Source: an uncultured Candidatus Saccharibacteria bacterium (GTDB taxonomy: Bacteria > Patescibacteriota > Saccharimonadia > Saccharimonadales > AWTP1-31). Taken from it: a stretch of DNA of 64,000 bases. Below, piece after piece: positions 1 to 7,496 of the stretch. The stretch spans positions 232,760 through 296,759 of the forward strand of contig CALCZR010000059.1 in the NCBI GenBank assembly GCA_937903325.1. Direction: 5' to 3'. Within the stretch, counting starts at the first letter, position 1; every line of letters begins with the position of its first letter. Below the pieces are notes generated by a model that worked only from the letters and a program-made list of their open reading frames with translations, was not told the origin of the DNA and made no database searches. The translations under genes and the position numbers were made by a program.

Positions 1-246
1 GCAGATAAATTACAGAATATTATGGAACCGTTTAGTCGTGGAGAGCCTACTGAAACGTTCGACCAAGAGGGCCTTGGACTCGGACTGTATACCAATAAAC
101 TGCTAACCGAGAAACTCGGGGGCAAATTGAATATCACGAGTGGTCGTGGTGGTGGAGTGGTGGCAACGGTATCGCTACCAACGCAGACTGCCGAGAGTAG
201 TGGTATGGTTAACGGCCTTATTACCCCTACAAGTTCGGGCGTTTAA
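1..246 (+). CDS. 3' end of a sensor histidine kinase (HATPase_c G2-box region); the 5' part lies upstream of the window
   Basis: The frame is open from position 1 (ADKLQNIMEPFSRGEPTETFDQEGLGLGLYTNKLLTEKLGGKLNITSGRGGGVVATVSLP). It matches in pattern the C-terminus of the 2536-aa kinase at 40962-48572 (HLFEPLTRGVDTATFDHEGLGLNLFITQMILHKHGGDISVASKPQQGTTVTMHLP). TAA at 244-246. Confidence 0.75.
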   Translation, partial: ADKLQNIMEPFSRGEPTETFDQEGLGLGLYTNKLLTEKLGGKLNITSGRGGGVVATVSLPTQTAESSGMVNGLITPTSSGV

Positions 247-253
247 AACAGAC

Positions 254-868
254 CTAAGCTGGCAGGTTGTCTAAGCTTTTCCAGATGTACCAGCAGGCAA
301 CCGATTCATACGGGTGCCAGTGATATTGAGTAGCTAGACTTTCTATATCTGCGCGGCTTGGTAGGTGGTCAAGACCATACAGTTTCTGGATACCATTTCG
401 TACGCCGAGGTCTCCGGAGGCAAGAATGTCGAGGCGTCCCATGCAGAAGATGAGAAACATATGTACCGTCCACTCGCCAATACCTTTAACGGCCGTAAGT
501 TCAGTAATGATTTCCTCATTGCTGAGACTGTCTAGATGGCCAAAGGTTACCCGCCCATCTACAACGTGCTGTGCTAAGTCTAATATATAACTGGCCTTGG
601 GACGGCTGAGGCCTGCTGAGCGTAGTGTCTCAATATCTTTAGTCAGAATCTGCTCTGGGGAAGGGAGGGTCGTGGAGCCAAATAGCTCACAGAAACGTCG
701 CTGTATAGTGGCAGCTGCTTTGACGCTGAGCTGCTGGCTAATGATGCTGTCTACTAGTTCTTGGTAGTAGTTGGCATGGGGTTGTACGGTGAATGGTCCA
801 TGGGCGGCAATGATTGGAGCCAGGAACGGGTCGTGTTTTGTCAGATGGTCGGTAGCGACACTACTCAT
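254..868 (-). CDS. alkA: HhH-GPD DNA glycosylase, 3-methyladenine glycosylase II (AlkA-like)
   Basis: 204 aa. Helix-hairpin-helix/GPD region LTAVKGIGEWTVHMFLIFCMGRLDILASGDLGVRNG and upstream SQQLSVKAAATIQRRF are typical of AlkA/Mag-type glycosylases. Confidence 0.8.
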   Translation of the reverse strand: MSSVATDHLTKHDPFLAPIIAAHGPFTVQPHANYYQELVDSIISQQLSVKAAATIQRRFCELFGSTTLPSPEQILTKDIETLRSAGLSRPKASYILDLAQHVVDGRVTFGHLDSLSNEEIITELTAVKGIGEWTVHMFLIFCMGRLDILASGDLGVRNGIQKLYGLDHLPSRADIESLATQYHWHPYESVACWYIWKSLDNLPA

Positions 869-874
869 ACAAGG

Positions 875-880
875 ATTGTA
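875..880 (-). promoter_or_regulatory. -10-like hexamer TACAAT, 6 nt upstream of the alkA ATG (leaderless-type start)
   Basis: Reverse complement of 875-880 is TACAAT. A 6-nt spacer precedes the ATG at 868-866. No Shine-Dalgarno sequence. Confidence 0.4.
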
Positions 881-936
881 GCAGGCTGACTGGTATCTCG
901 GGTGTCGTTATATGTTATACTTTTTACATAACAACT

Positions 937-2709
937 ATGCATATTCGACGCTCTATTTTTAGTTTTGTTGTCATAGGTCTCATGATTACTAGTCTGCTTG
1001 TTCATATGCCCCATGTGAGTGCCGGGGATTCGTGCGATCCGGCTGCTGCAGCAAATACGGAGCTTATTCAAGAATACGTGTTGCCGGAGGGTATTTGCGC
1101 TCACTACATTACCGAAGGTCCGGACAATACTGTGTGGTTCCAGAACCTTATAGACCACACCAAGATTGGTAAGGTGTCGGCCAGTGGTGCGACTACCATG
1201 TATACCATTTCTGAACTCAACTCTGACGCTCATTGTTTTATGCTTGGCCCCGACAGTAATCTATGGGCTGCTACTAAAGATAATCGAATGGCTAAGATAG
1301 CATCCAATGGTGAAGCGACATACTACGATCTACCTACTGGTGTAGAAGCTGCCGCAAAAGGATGCGCAGTCGGTCCAGACAATAACATTTGGATCGTGCA
1401 CCTAACTTCAACAAGCATACACATGCTCAAGATGGCACCTGCAAATGGTCAGGTGCTTGATTCATACGATATCCGAGCTGAAGACGCTTCAAATGATAAT
1501 GCCGGTGCCGTGTCAAAAGGGCCTGGTAATAAACTCTGGTTTTTCTACTATGCAGGTAATGATGAGCAGGATGGTGACGATGACACATCCCAGTTAGTAT
1601 CCATAGATACGAGTGGCACCATGGTACGTCACGACTGGTCAAATAACCCTTTTTACCAAGACGTACTACATGGTGACGATACGGCACTATGGTATGCCTC
1701 AAACGACTATGGCAAGGTTGTCAAGATTGCGCCAAATGGTACGCCTTCATTCTACCAGGTCCCCGGAAATGGTGACGCCTATCTATATGGCGGCTTCAAA
1801 GGGGCAGATGGTAACAGATGGTTTATTGCGGAAGGCAGCAATGCAGATGACGCATTGCTCCGAGTTACAGACAGTGGCGTTATTACTTCCTTTGCTCTTC
1901 CGTCGGGGAGTAGTGTTACGCCAAGCAGTATTGGTGCAGATAATCTGGGTAATATATGGTTCGGATCAGGGGGTAAGCAGAAAATTTCTAAGGTTACGCT
2001 GTATGGAGCACCCGACGAGCCTGTTACTCAGAAAACTATTACCAACGCTGTTACAAGTAAATCCGTAGTCATACAAACACCTCAAGATACGGACATTACT
2101 TGTTCTGGGGCACAGAAGGAAGTTGACCAGAATTCCCAAGACAATGGCTTTGACTATCCCCTGGGGCTTGTTAATTTCTGCTTTACAACGGAAGAAGTAG
2201 CTAACCAGGTAGAAGTTACCTTCGTGACCGACCTAAAGCCGGAGCAAGTTTCGGTCCGTAAGTATAATCCAACGACCAAAACCTACGCAGCAGTTACTGG
2301 CGCTACAGTCACTCAGACTAGTGTGCAGGGCCAAGCAGCCGTAAAGGCAAGTTACAACATTACGGATAATGGGCCACTAGACGTAGACGAAGCAACGGGT
2401 ACCATCCACGACCCTATCGGGCTGGCCGTTGCTGCCGAGACAGGAATAATACCGGTATTAGCCAACACGGGTGCTGTGGGAGTGTCTATAACTATACTGC
2501 TGGGGCTTATTATTGCCTCAAGCTTGGTAGTGTACTTTGACTATCGTAAACACAAGAAGCCATTAGCCGAGGAAGATCCAGCAGCTGGGGCACGATATAC
2601 CTTGCTGCACCATGTGCGGGTGGTAAGTATTCCACTCCTGAAGTACCGTTTGCAGATTAGTGCGGTGCGCGTCCAAGATGGATCACCAGACGGAATTCAC
2701 CGCTTCTAG
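937..2709 (+). CDS. Secreted repeat (beta-propeller-like) surface protein with LANTG sorting signal and extended C-terminal tail
   Basis: N-terminal signal peptide (IFSFVVIGLMITSLLVHMPHVSA). Recurring blade-like motifs GPDNTVWF, GPDSNLWA, GPDNNIWI, GPGNKLWF, DDTALWY, GADGNRWF, LGNIWF. C-terminal domain YPLGLVNF...ITDNGPLDVDEATGTIHDPIGL. LANTG at 2458-2472 followed by a hydrophobic helix and a 58-aa tail. Confidence 0.8.
   Translation: MHIRRSIFSFVVIGLMITSLLVHMPHVSAGDSCDPAAAANTELIQEYVLPEGICAHYITEGPDNTVWFQNLIDHTKIGKVSASGATTMYTISELNSDAHCFMLGPDSNLWAATKDNRMAKIASNGEATYYDLPTGVEAAAKGCAVGPDNNIWIVHLTSTSIHMLKMAPANGQVLDSYDIRAEDASNDNAGAVSKGPGNKLWFFYYAGNDEQDGDDDTSQLVSIDTSGTMVRHDWSNNPFYQDVLHGDDTALWYASNDYGKVVKIAPNGTPSFYQVPGNGDAYLYGGFKGADGNRWFIAEGSNADDALLRVTDSGVITSFALPSGSSVTPSSIGADNLGNIWFGSGGKQKISKVTLYGAPDEPVTQKTITNAVTSKSVVIQTPQDTDITCSGAQKEVDQNSQDNGFDYPLGLVNFCFTTEEVANQVEVTFVTDLKPEQVSVRKYNPTTKTYAAVTGATVTQTSVQGQAAVKASYNITDNGPLDVDEATGTIHDPIGLAVAAETGIIPVLANTGAVGVSITILLGLIIASSLVVYFDYRKHKKPLAEEDPAAGARYTLLHHVRVVSIPLLKYRLQISAVRVQDGSPDGIHRF
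2533..2706 (+). other. Conserved post-TM tail module, copy 1 (YFDYRKHKKPL...YTLLHHVRVVSIPLLKYR...HRF)
   Basis: 58 aa following the sorting-signal TM helix. Shares the order and spacing of Y-F-D-[YF]-x-[RK]-H-[KR]-K-P-L, HH-[VL]-[RK]-V-V, I-P-L-L-K-Y-R and terminal R-F with 50063-50230, and the core with 41235-41351. Confidence 0.7.
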
Positions 2710-3525
2710 CTAGAGTATTGCGCCCTGAGTAGTGCCGTGATTGGTGTCGTGGTCATAGGCCTCGTTAGCAGCATCGAGCGACCCAATAACTGCACGAGCC
2801 TGTCCGTTAACCGCAGCGACAATACTAGAACAGCTGGTGGGCGGGAAGTTCTGTATCCTATTTAATATCTGGCTGGCGTAAGTACGAGCTAGGTTGGCAT
2901 GCTCATTCTCATGAGTCGTGAGGTTCTGCATAAAGGTCTGCCATGCGCCGCTAACCCCAGGGTTGACACCGGCGCTGGCTTGCCAAGCAGGATACTGTTG
3001 CCCAATAGCTAGCCCAACGGCAGCACTTCGGACACTACAAACGCCGCTACCATTATCTTGGTAGCTGAATGTCCAGTTTAGCGCGTAGCTCGTGTTTGCA
3101 CTAAATCGTTCCCCGTTGCTCATAACTGGCGCACAGGCTGCAGATTGGGTACGAATCTCGTTGAGGGTGTTGCCATATATGGTGTACTCGTTTCGCACTA
3201 ATGGGGATTCAGTTACGCCTGGAGTAGCCAAGCTAATGTTTGGTGCAGCCACCGGCTGCATGAGGGTAGCGGGAGTACAGTTTGGGGCAGGAGTGGTTCT
3301 ACGAACGGCAGCGGGAGTAGAAGGAGTTGGGGTGCCGCCAGTAGTTGCTTGACTAGTGTTGGTGCCAGCTACCGCCTGAGACGTAGCGGTCGCAACTGCG
3401 CTAGGCGCTGCCTTTGTGGCTTCAGTCGTCGGGCGTGTTGCATATGCCGCATAACTGGATACGCAGCCAATAACAGAACCAATGAGAATCGTTGCCAAAA
3501 TACACGCTTTGAGGTCAGCACGCAT
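2710..3525 (-). CDS. Secreted DUF922-like putative Zn metalloprotease
   Basis: N-terminal hydrophobic anchor and Thr/Pro/Ala-rich linker. The pattern YTIYGNTLNEI...TSYALNWTFSY...CSVRSAAV...PAWQ...W..F...L..HENEH matches my recollection of the DUF922/COG5661 secreted protease family, including an HExxH motif. Confidence 0.6.
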   Translation of the reverse strand: MRADLKACILATILIGSVIGCVSSYAAYATRPTTEATKAAPSAVATATSQAVAGTNTSQATTGGTPTPSTPAAVRRTTPAPNCTPATLMQPVAAPNISLATPGVTESPLVRNEYTIYGNTLNEIRTQSAACAPVMSNGERFSANTSYALNWTFSYQDNGSGVCSVRSAAVGLAIGQQYPAWQASAGVNPGVSGAWQTFMQNLTTHENEHANLARTYASQILNRIQNFPPTSCSSIVAAVNGQARAVIGSLDAANEAYDHDTNHGTTQGAIL

Positions 3526-3653
3526 AGTTGTAACTCCTTAAACCCCACAAATAGTGAAGTTGGAGTATAATATCACAAAAGATCTAAAAAGTCAATACTC
3601 TGACAGAAGTGAACCTTGCTCCTAAGCAGGTCGGTGCGATATATAAACGATAC

Positions 3654-4061
3654 CTAGGCGATTGCTGTGACAAGCTCGTCTTTATCAACAAGGGATGTAA
3701 ACGCATCGAAGAAAAGATCTTTCTCTAATGCTACTCGTTCCATTTCTTGTACGTCACTAGAAGAGGTGTCTTTGTCTTCAAGCACACGCAAAACGGGCTT
3801 AAGTTCTTTGTTGTGCTCAAGATAATTGTTACTGAAATACTCAACAAACATACCACTTATACGTGAATTCTTATTCACAAATAGACTTATCTCATCATTG
3901 ACCTGAAACAGGAAATAACCCTTAGGAATTCGTGAAACACCATAGAATAGTTGATCAACTTCAGGATCATATTCAAGAGTCCAGCTGTTGGACATACTTT
4001 GCAGAACCTTCAATTGAGAAAGGATTTTTGCCTTGTCTAGCTTTAGTTCTCTAGCCATCAC
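3654..4061 (-). CDS. DUF2283-like protein, candidate antitoxin partner
   Basis: 135 aa. LEYDPEVDQLFYGV resembles the Y-D-x-E-x-D-x-L-Y motif of DUF2283. The ATG overlaps the upstream gene's TGA (ATGA at 4058-4061). Confidence 0.4.
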   Translation of the reverse strand: MMARELKLDKAKILSQLKVLQSMSNSWTLEYDPEVDQLFYGVSRIPKGYFLFQVNDEISLFVNKNSRISGMFVEYFSNNYLEHNKELKPVLRVLEDKDTSSSDVQEMERVALEKDLFFDAFTSLVDKDELVTAIA

Positions 4062-4441
4062 TGCTCCTTAGTGTAATACGTTGGGGTAAACCCATACTTT
4101 AATTCTTGAATATGATCGGTCTTAAATGCGGTCATGACTACGCAATGGGGGTCTGAGTTGTTGCGACGATTAGTCTCCCGAACAACTACCTTTGTAAACT
4201 TTATTATATCACGAACGCGGAATAATTCAAGATAGTAGCAAAGGGTACCTTCTTGGTTACCGTCGATTGTTAATGTAGGGCGTTGGAGTGCCATAGTTAT
4301 TTGTTTTGGGAAGAATTGTTTGTTTCTGAGTTCTGGATGTTTATCCTTATGCTTATCATAGTTCTTTTGCTTAAACTTCACAATAGTACCGAAGTAGTCG
4401 GTGACTTCTAGAACGCTCTTCTCCTCCTCAGCAGTCGTCAT
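4058..4441 (-). CDS. Small RelE/BECR-fold-like protein (DUF4258-like), candidate toxin
   Basis: 127 aa. KHKDKHPEL near the N-terminus and HCVVMTAFK near the C-terminus resemble the H-x-x-R and ...V-I-T-x-Y signatures of DUF4258/BECR-type small nucleases. AT-rich two-gene cassette. Confidence 0.35.
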   Translation of the reverse strand: MTTAEEEKSVLEVTDYFGTIVKFKQKNYDKHKDKHPELRNKQFFPKQITMALQRPTLTIDGNQEGTLCYYLELFRVRDIIKFTKVVVRETNRRNNSDPHCVVMTAFKTDHIQELKYGFTPTYYTKEQ

Positions 4442-4449
4442 TGTAGTGC

Positions 4450-4455
4450 ATTATA
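4450..4455 (-). promoter_or_regulatory. -10-like hexamer TATAAT, 8 nt upstream of the ATG at 4441
   Basis: Reverse complement of 4450-4455 is TATAAT. 8-nt spacer. No SD. Confidence 0.4.
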
Positions 4456-4530
4456 TAGTTTCACTTCAGTAAAACATATTACTAATGGCGGCAAATATTA
4501 AATCGCACCCTTTGTGAGTACTGTGTAATC

Positions 4531-5727
4531 TTAGCTGGCGAAATCGCTGTTATTACCCCAGGCCAGTAGCGTAATAGGCACTACGGTCAGAACCCCTATA
4601 AGCAAATACGTGGTATTACCAATATGTGACAGCAGCAAACCTGTTCCAATACTGGAGATCATGAAGCCGGTAACCGCGAACATGCCATATAGGCCAGTAG
4701 CGGTAGCGTATACTTCCGTAGGTACAATTCGTACCAGCCAGGTTTTGACGGTGACTTCAAAGGTACCGTCAAACAGTCCGTAGAGCATAACAGCACCAAC
4801 GGCAACCCAGGACGAGAAGTCTAATGAAAGCAGTGAGTAGACGCAGCAGAAAACGGTCATACAGAAGAGCATGGTTATGCGTACCCCAAAACGGTCTAGA
4901 AGCCACCGAGAATTTCGGGTGACTACAGCATTAATCAGGTTATACACACAGTACACGGCCACGACCTTTTGGAGTGACAAACCGAGCTCGTTGAGACGTA
5001 GTAACAGAAACGCATCCGAGCTATTAATTAGTGAGAACAATCCAAGAATGAGTAGCATATGGCGAAAAGCCGGCAGCCGCCAGACACGGGTCACCAGCTC
5101 CTTATCTATCCCACCGGTCTTTGGCTTGGCCACCCGGAGCTTAGCGCTAGTGAGTTTCTTAGGCTCACGAATACGTGACGCCAGATACATAGCTGCCAGG
5201 CCAGGAACGATTGAGGCAATGAAAACAGCCGACAAAGATCCATTGGTGAGCCACAGAACAAGAAGACAGAGTAGTGGTCCAATGACCGAACCAAGGGTGT
5301 CCATGGAACGATGGTAGCTAAAGACACGGGCTTGTGTTTCGGGCTTTGTTTCTGCTGCTAGAATAGCGTCACGTGGAGCGGTCCGTATGGCTTTACCAAG
5401 TCGTTCTACATTACGGAGAACCAAGGGCCAGACAAATGAACTACCAATAAAGAGCAGTGGTTTTGCGAGAGCGGACAGGGAATAGCCGATCCAGACCAGC
5501 GGCTTATATCGACGCAGTGAATCTGACAGTGCGCCCCAATAGCCTTTAGAGACTCCGGTTACGAAACTGGCTATGCCCTCGATCATGCCAATAGCAGCAA
5601 AGCTAATACCACGTTGTTGCCAGAGAATCGGCAAGATGGGGTAAAGCATATCGCTGGCGGCATCGGTGAATAAACTTACCCAAGACAGTAACTTCACGTT
5701 ACGGGGGAGTTCTGAATTCCTTTTCAT
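4531..5727 (-). CDS. MFS transporter
   Basis: 398 aa with about 12 hydrophobic segments. Loop motifs GALSDSLRRYKP (MFS motif A-like) and RNVERLGKAIRTAPRDA. The ATG overlaps the upstream TGA (ATGA at 5724-5727). Confidence 0.8.
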   Translation of the reverse strand: MKRNSELPRNVKLLSWVSLFTDAASDMLYPILPILWQQRGISFAAIGMIEGIASFVTGVSKGYWGALSDSLRRYKPLVWIGYSLSALAKPLLFIGSSFVWPLVLRNVERLGKAIRTAPRDAILAAETKPETQARVFSYHRSMDTLGSVIGPLLCLLVLWLTNGSLSAVFIASIVPGLAAMYLASRIREPKKLTSAKLRVAKPKTGGIDKELVTRVWRLPAFRHMLLILGLFSLINSSDAFLLLRLNELGLSLQKVVAVYCVYNLINAVVTRNSRWLLDRFGVRITMLFCMTVFCCVYSLLSLDFSSWVAVGAVMLYGLFDGTFEVTVKTWLVRIVPTEVYATATGLYGMFAVTGFMISSIGTGLLLSHIGNTTYLLIGVLTVVPITLLAWGNNSDFAS

Positions 5728-7037
5728 TTCACCAGCACTTTGTTAGGTGAGATGCTTACTGACGTAATGACTCCAGGGAATTTTACGTCTTGCTGCAATT
5801 CACCACCAGATTGCCATTGTCTGCGGCCGATAATGTGCAGCAGGGATGAGTCTTTTTTGTAGGCTGCCAACATGTCTTTACCGCCAACGATACTGTCTAC
5901 ACTATCTAGCAGCTCGGCTGGTTTAATCCTGGCCTTTAGTTGCTTAGCATCTTCAAGACCGTAGATTTTCTCATCGGTATTCTTGGCTTGCTGAGCCGAG
6001 GCAATAACATCCATATCTAGTCCAAGGTACCAAACGGTCGAGTCGCGCAGAACATAGGTATCACGGTAGCCGGCAGCAATAGCCGTGGCCGGAATGCTAG
6101 ACAGTAAATCAGAGCGTTCAAACTGCAGAGTTGAACTGTCGATCCGTCGACTATCACGACCCAGTTGTCCGAATAGGTTACAGCCTGACGTGTATACATC
6201 GCCTTGGTTAGTCAGGGCAACTATGTGCCCATAGCCAAGGTCCGCGTCCATGAATTGCTGCTGGTCATCGCCAATGCGTGTCGGTTTGGCAGACTGGATA
6301 AAGCTGGCTGCTAAAGTCTGGTTGCAGTCACCTTCGGTGCCGCTTGATCCGCCAACAGGGTCAAAGTAGCCACCTATACCAGAGGTGAGGGTTTGTTTTT
6401 CTTGGATTGAAGTATTAGGGCTGGTGTTGCAGACACCGCCCCACGCGTAAATCCGCCCTGACTTAGTGAGTGCTGCAGAGTGTCTCCAGCCAGCAATAAC
6501 CTTGGCGACGGACTGGTTATCAGGAATCTTGACTATCTGTATACGGTCTTCGGGCCCGCCACTACTGAGCTGCGAAGTGTGGTTCGATCCCCAAGCTAGT
6601 ACTCTATTTTTACTTGTTAAGGCCAGGGTGTGGTGGGCCTTGGCGCTGAGCTGTACAACATGTTCGTTCTGTTCCAGCCCAAGGTCGATCTTTACTGGTT
6701 TTACAAACGTGGCATCTTTGCTTTTGGGTTGGATCTGACCATCTTGGTTTGTGCCTAATCCGTACACGGACCCGTCGGTAGTGAGTAGTAAGGTATAGCC
6801 ATCTCCGGCAACAACAGACTGGAGGGTGGTATCGAACTGGTTGCCAAAGTTGAGGGCTGTTGGATCGGTGTAGACTCGTTCACTCGAATCGTTACCAAGT
6901 TCAAATTGTTTGTTGGAGCCCAGGCCGTATACATGCGCCAGACGAGTAGTGCTACGGTGACCTATGAGCCATGTACCACCGACTACCAAGAGGCAGATAA
7001 CAATAGGAAGTAGCCGGAGGATGTTACGCTTCTGCAT
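5724..7037 (-). CDS. Membrane-anchored RCC1-repeat (beta-propeller) protein
   Basis: Repeats GDGYTLLLTTDGSVYGLGTNQDGQ, HHTLALTSKNRVLAWGSNHTSQL, RHSAALTKSGRIYAWG, GHIVALTNQGDVYTSGCNLFGQLG. Start placed at MQKRNILRLLPIVICLLVVGG (ATG 7037), which overlaps the cupin gene end by 14 nt. The longer ORF to 7163 would overlap the cupin gene extensively. Confidence 0.8.
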   Translation of the reverse strand: MQKRNILRLLPIVICLLVVGGTWLIGHRSTTRLAHVYGLGSNKQFELGNDSSERVYTDPTALNFGNQFDTTLQSVVAGDGYTLLLTTDGSVYGLGTNQDGQIQPKSKDATFVKPVKIDLGLEQNEHVVQLSAKAHHTLALTSKNRVLAWGSNHTSQLSSGGPEDRIQIVKIPDNQSVAKVIAGWRHSAALTKSGRIYAWGGVCNTSPNTSIQEKQTLTSGIGGYFDPVGGSSGTEGDCNQTLAASFIQSAKPTRIGDDQQQFMDADLGYGHIVALTNQGDVYTSGCNLFGQLGRDSRRIDSSTLQFERSDLLSSIPATAIAAGYRDTYVLRDSTVWYLGLDMDVIASAQQAKNTDEKIYGLEDAKQLKARIKPAELLDSVDSIVGGKDMLAAYKKDSSLLHIIGRRQWQSGGELQQDVKFPGVITSVSISPNKVLVK

Positions 7038-7440
7038 CTGCTTTTGTAGGGTGAATGGTGCCATGAGGGTGCTCGGGCCCGGCGTAGATGGAGTAGAGCT
7101 TAAGAGGGCTTTGACCACTATTACTAATGTTATGCCAGGTTCCGGCAGGGACAAAGATAGCATCTCCAGTTGTCGCTTGCCAGGTTGTTACATCTTTGGC
7201 ATTGGGGCCCATCTGTACTTCTGCCGCGCCTGCTTCTATGCGTAGGAATTGGTCGTGGTCGTCATGCACTTCCATACCGATGTCATCACCGACGTCTATG
7301 GTCATGAGGGTTAGTTGGAGGTGGTCTCCGGTCCATGCGGCAGCACGAAAGGCATTGTTAGCTCGGGTGATTTGTTGCAAGGCAATAACAGATGGTTGCT
7401 TACCTTGATCACCATCAAAACTACTTGTAGCTTTAGCCAT
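7024..7440 (-). CDS. Cupin-domain protein
   Basis: GMEVHDDHDQFLRIEAG...GDAIFVPAGTWHNISN is a two-motif cupin signature. Start chosen at the ATG preceded by GGAGGGACGT (SD). Confidence 0.75.
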   Translation of the reverse strand: MAKATSSFDGDQGKQPSVIALQQITRANNAFRAAAWTGDHLQLTLMTIDVGDDIGMEVHDDHDQFLRIEAGAAEVQMGPNAKDVTTWQATTGDAIFVPAGTWHNISNSGQSPLKLYSIYAGPEHPHGTIHPTKADAEA

Positions 7441-7496
7441 ACGTCCCTCCATTACCGTTACTCTTAGCATACAGGCTGTAGCTAGCAGAGGCCAGC

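Noticed and set aside
865-1233. 122-aa minus-strand ORF overlapping the alkA start and the 937 gene
   Set aside because: It overlaps two better-supported genes and spans their intergenic promoter region. It contains no motif.
6575-6596. GGTTCGATCCCC, a T-loop-like string suggestive of a tRNA
   Set aside because: The flanking bases do not form a T-stem or acceptor stem, and the string lies inside the RCC1 coding region. I recognised no tRNA anywhere in the window.
5724-7163. Longer version of the RCC1 gene starting at 7163
   Set aside because: It would overlap the cupin gene by 140 nt. The internal ATG at 7037 begins with a typical basic-then-hydrophobic anchor (MQKRNILRLLPIVICLL).
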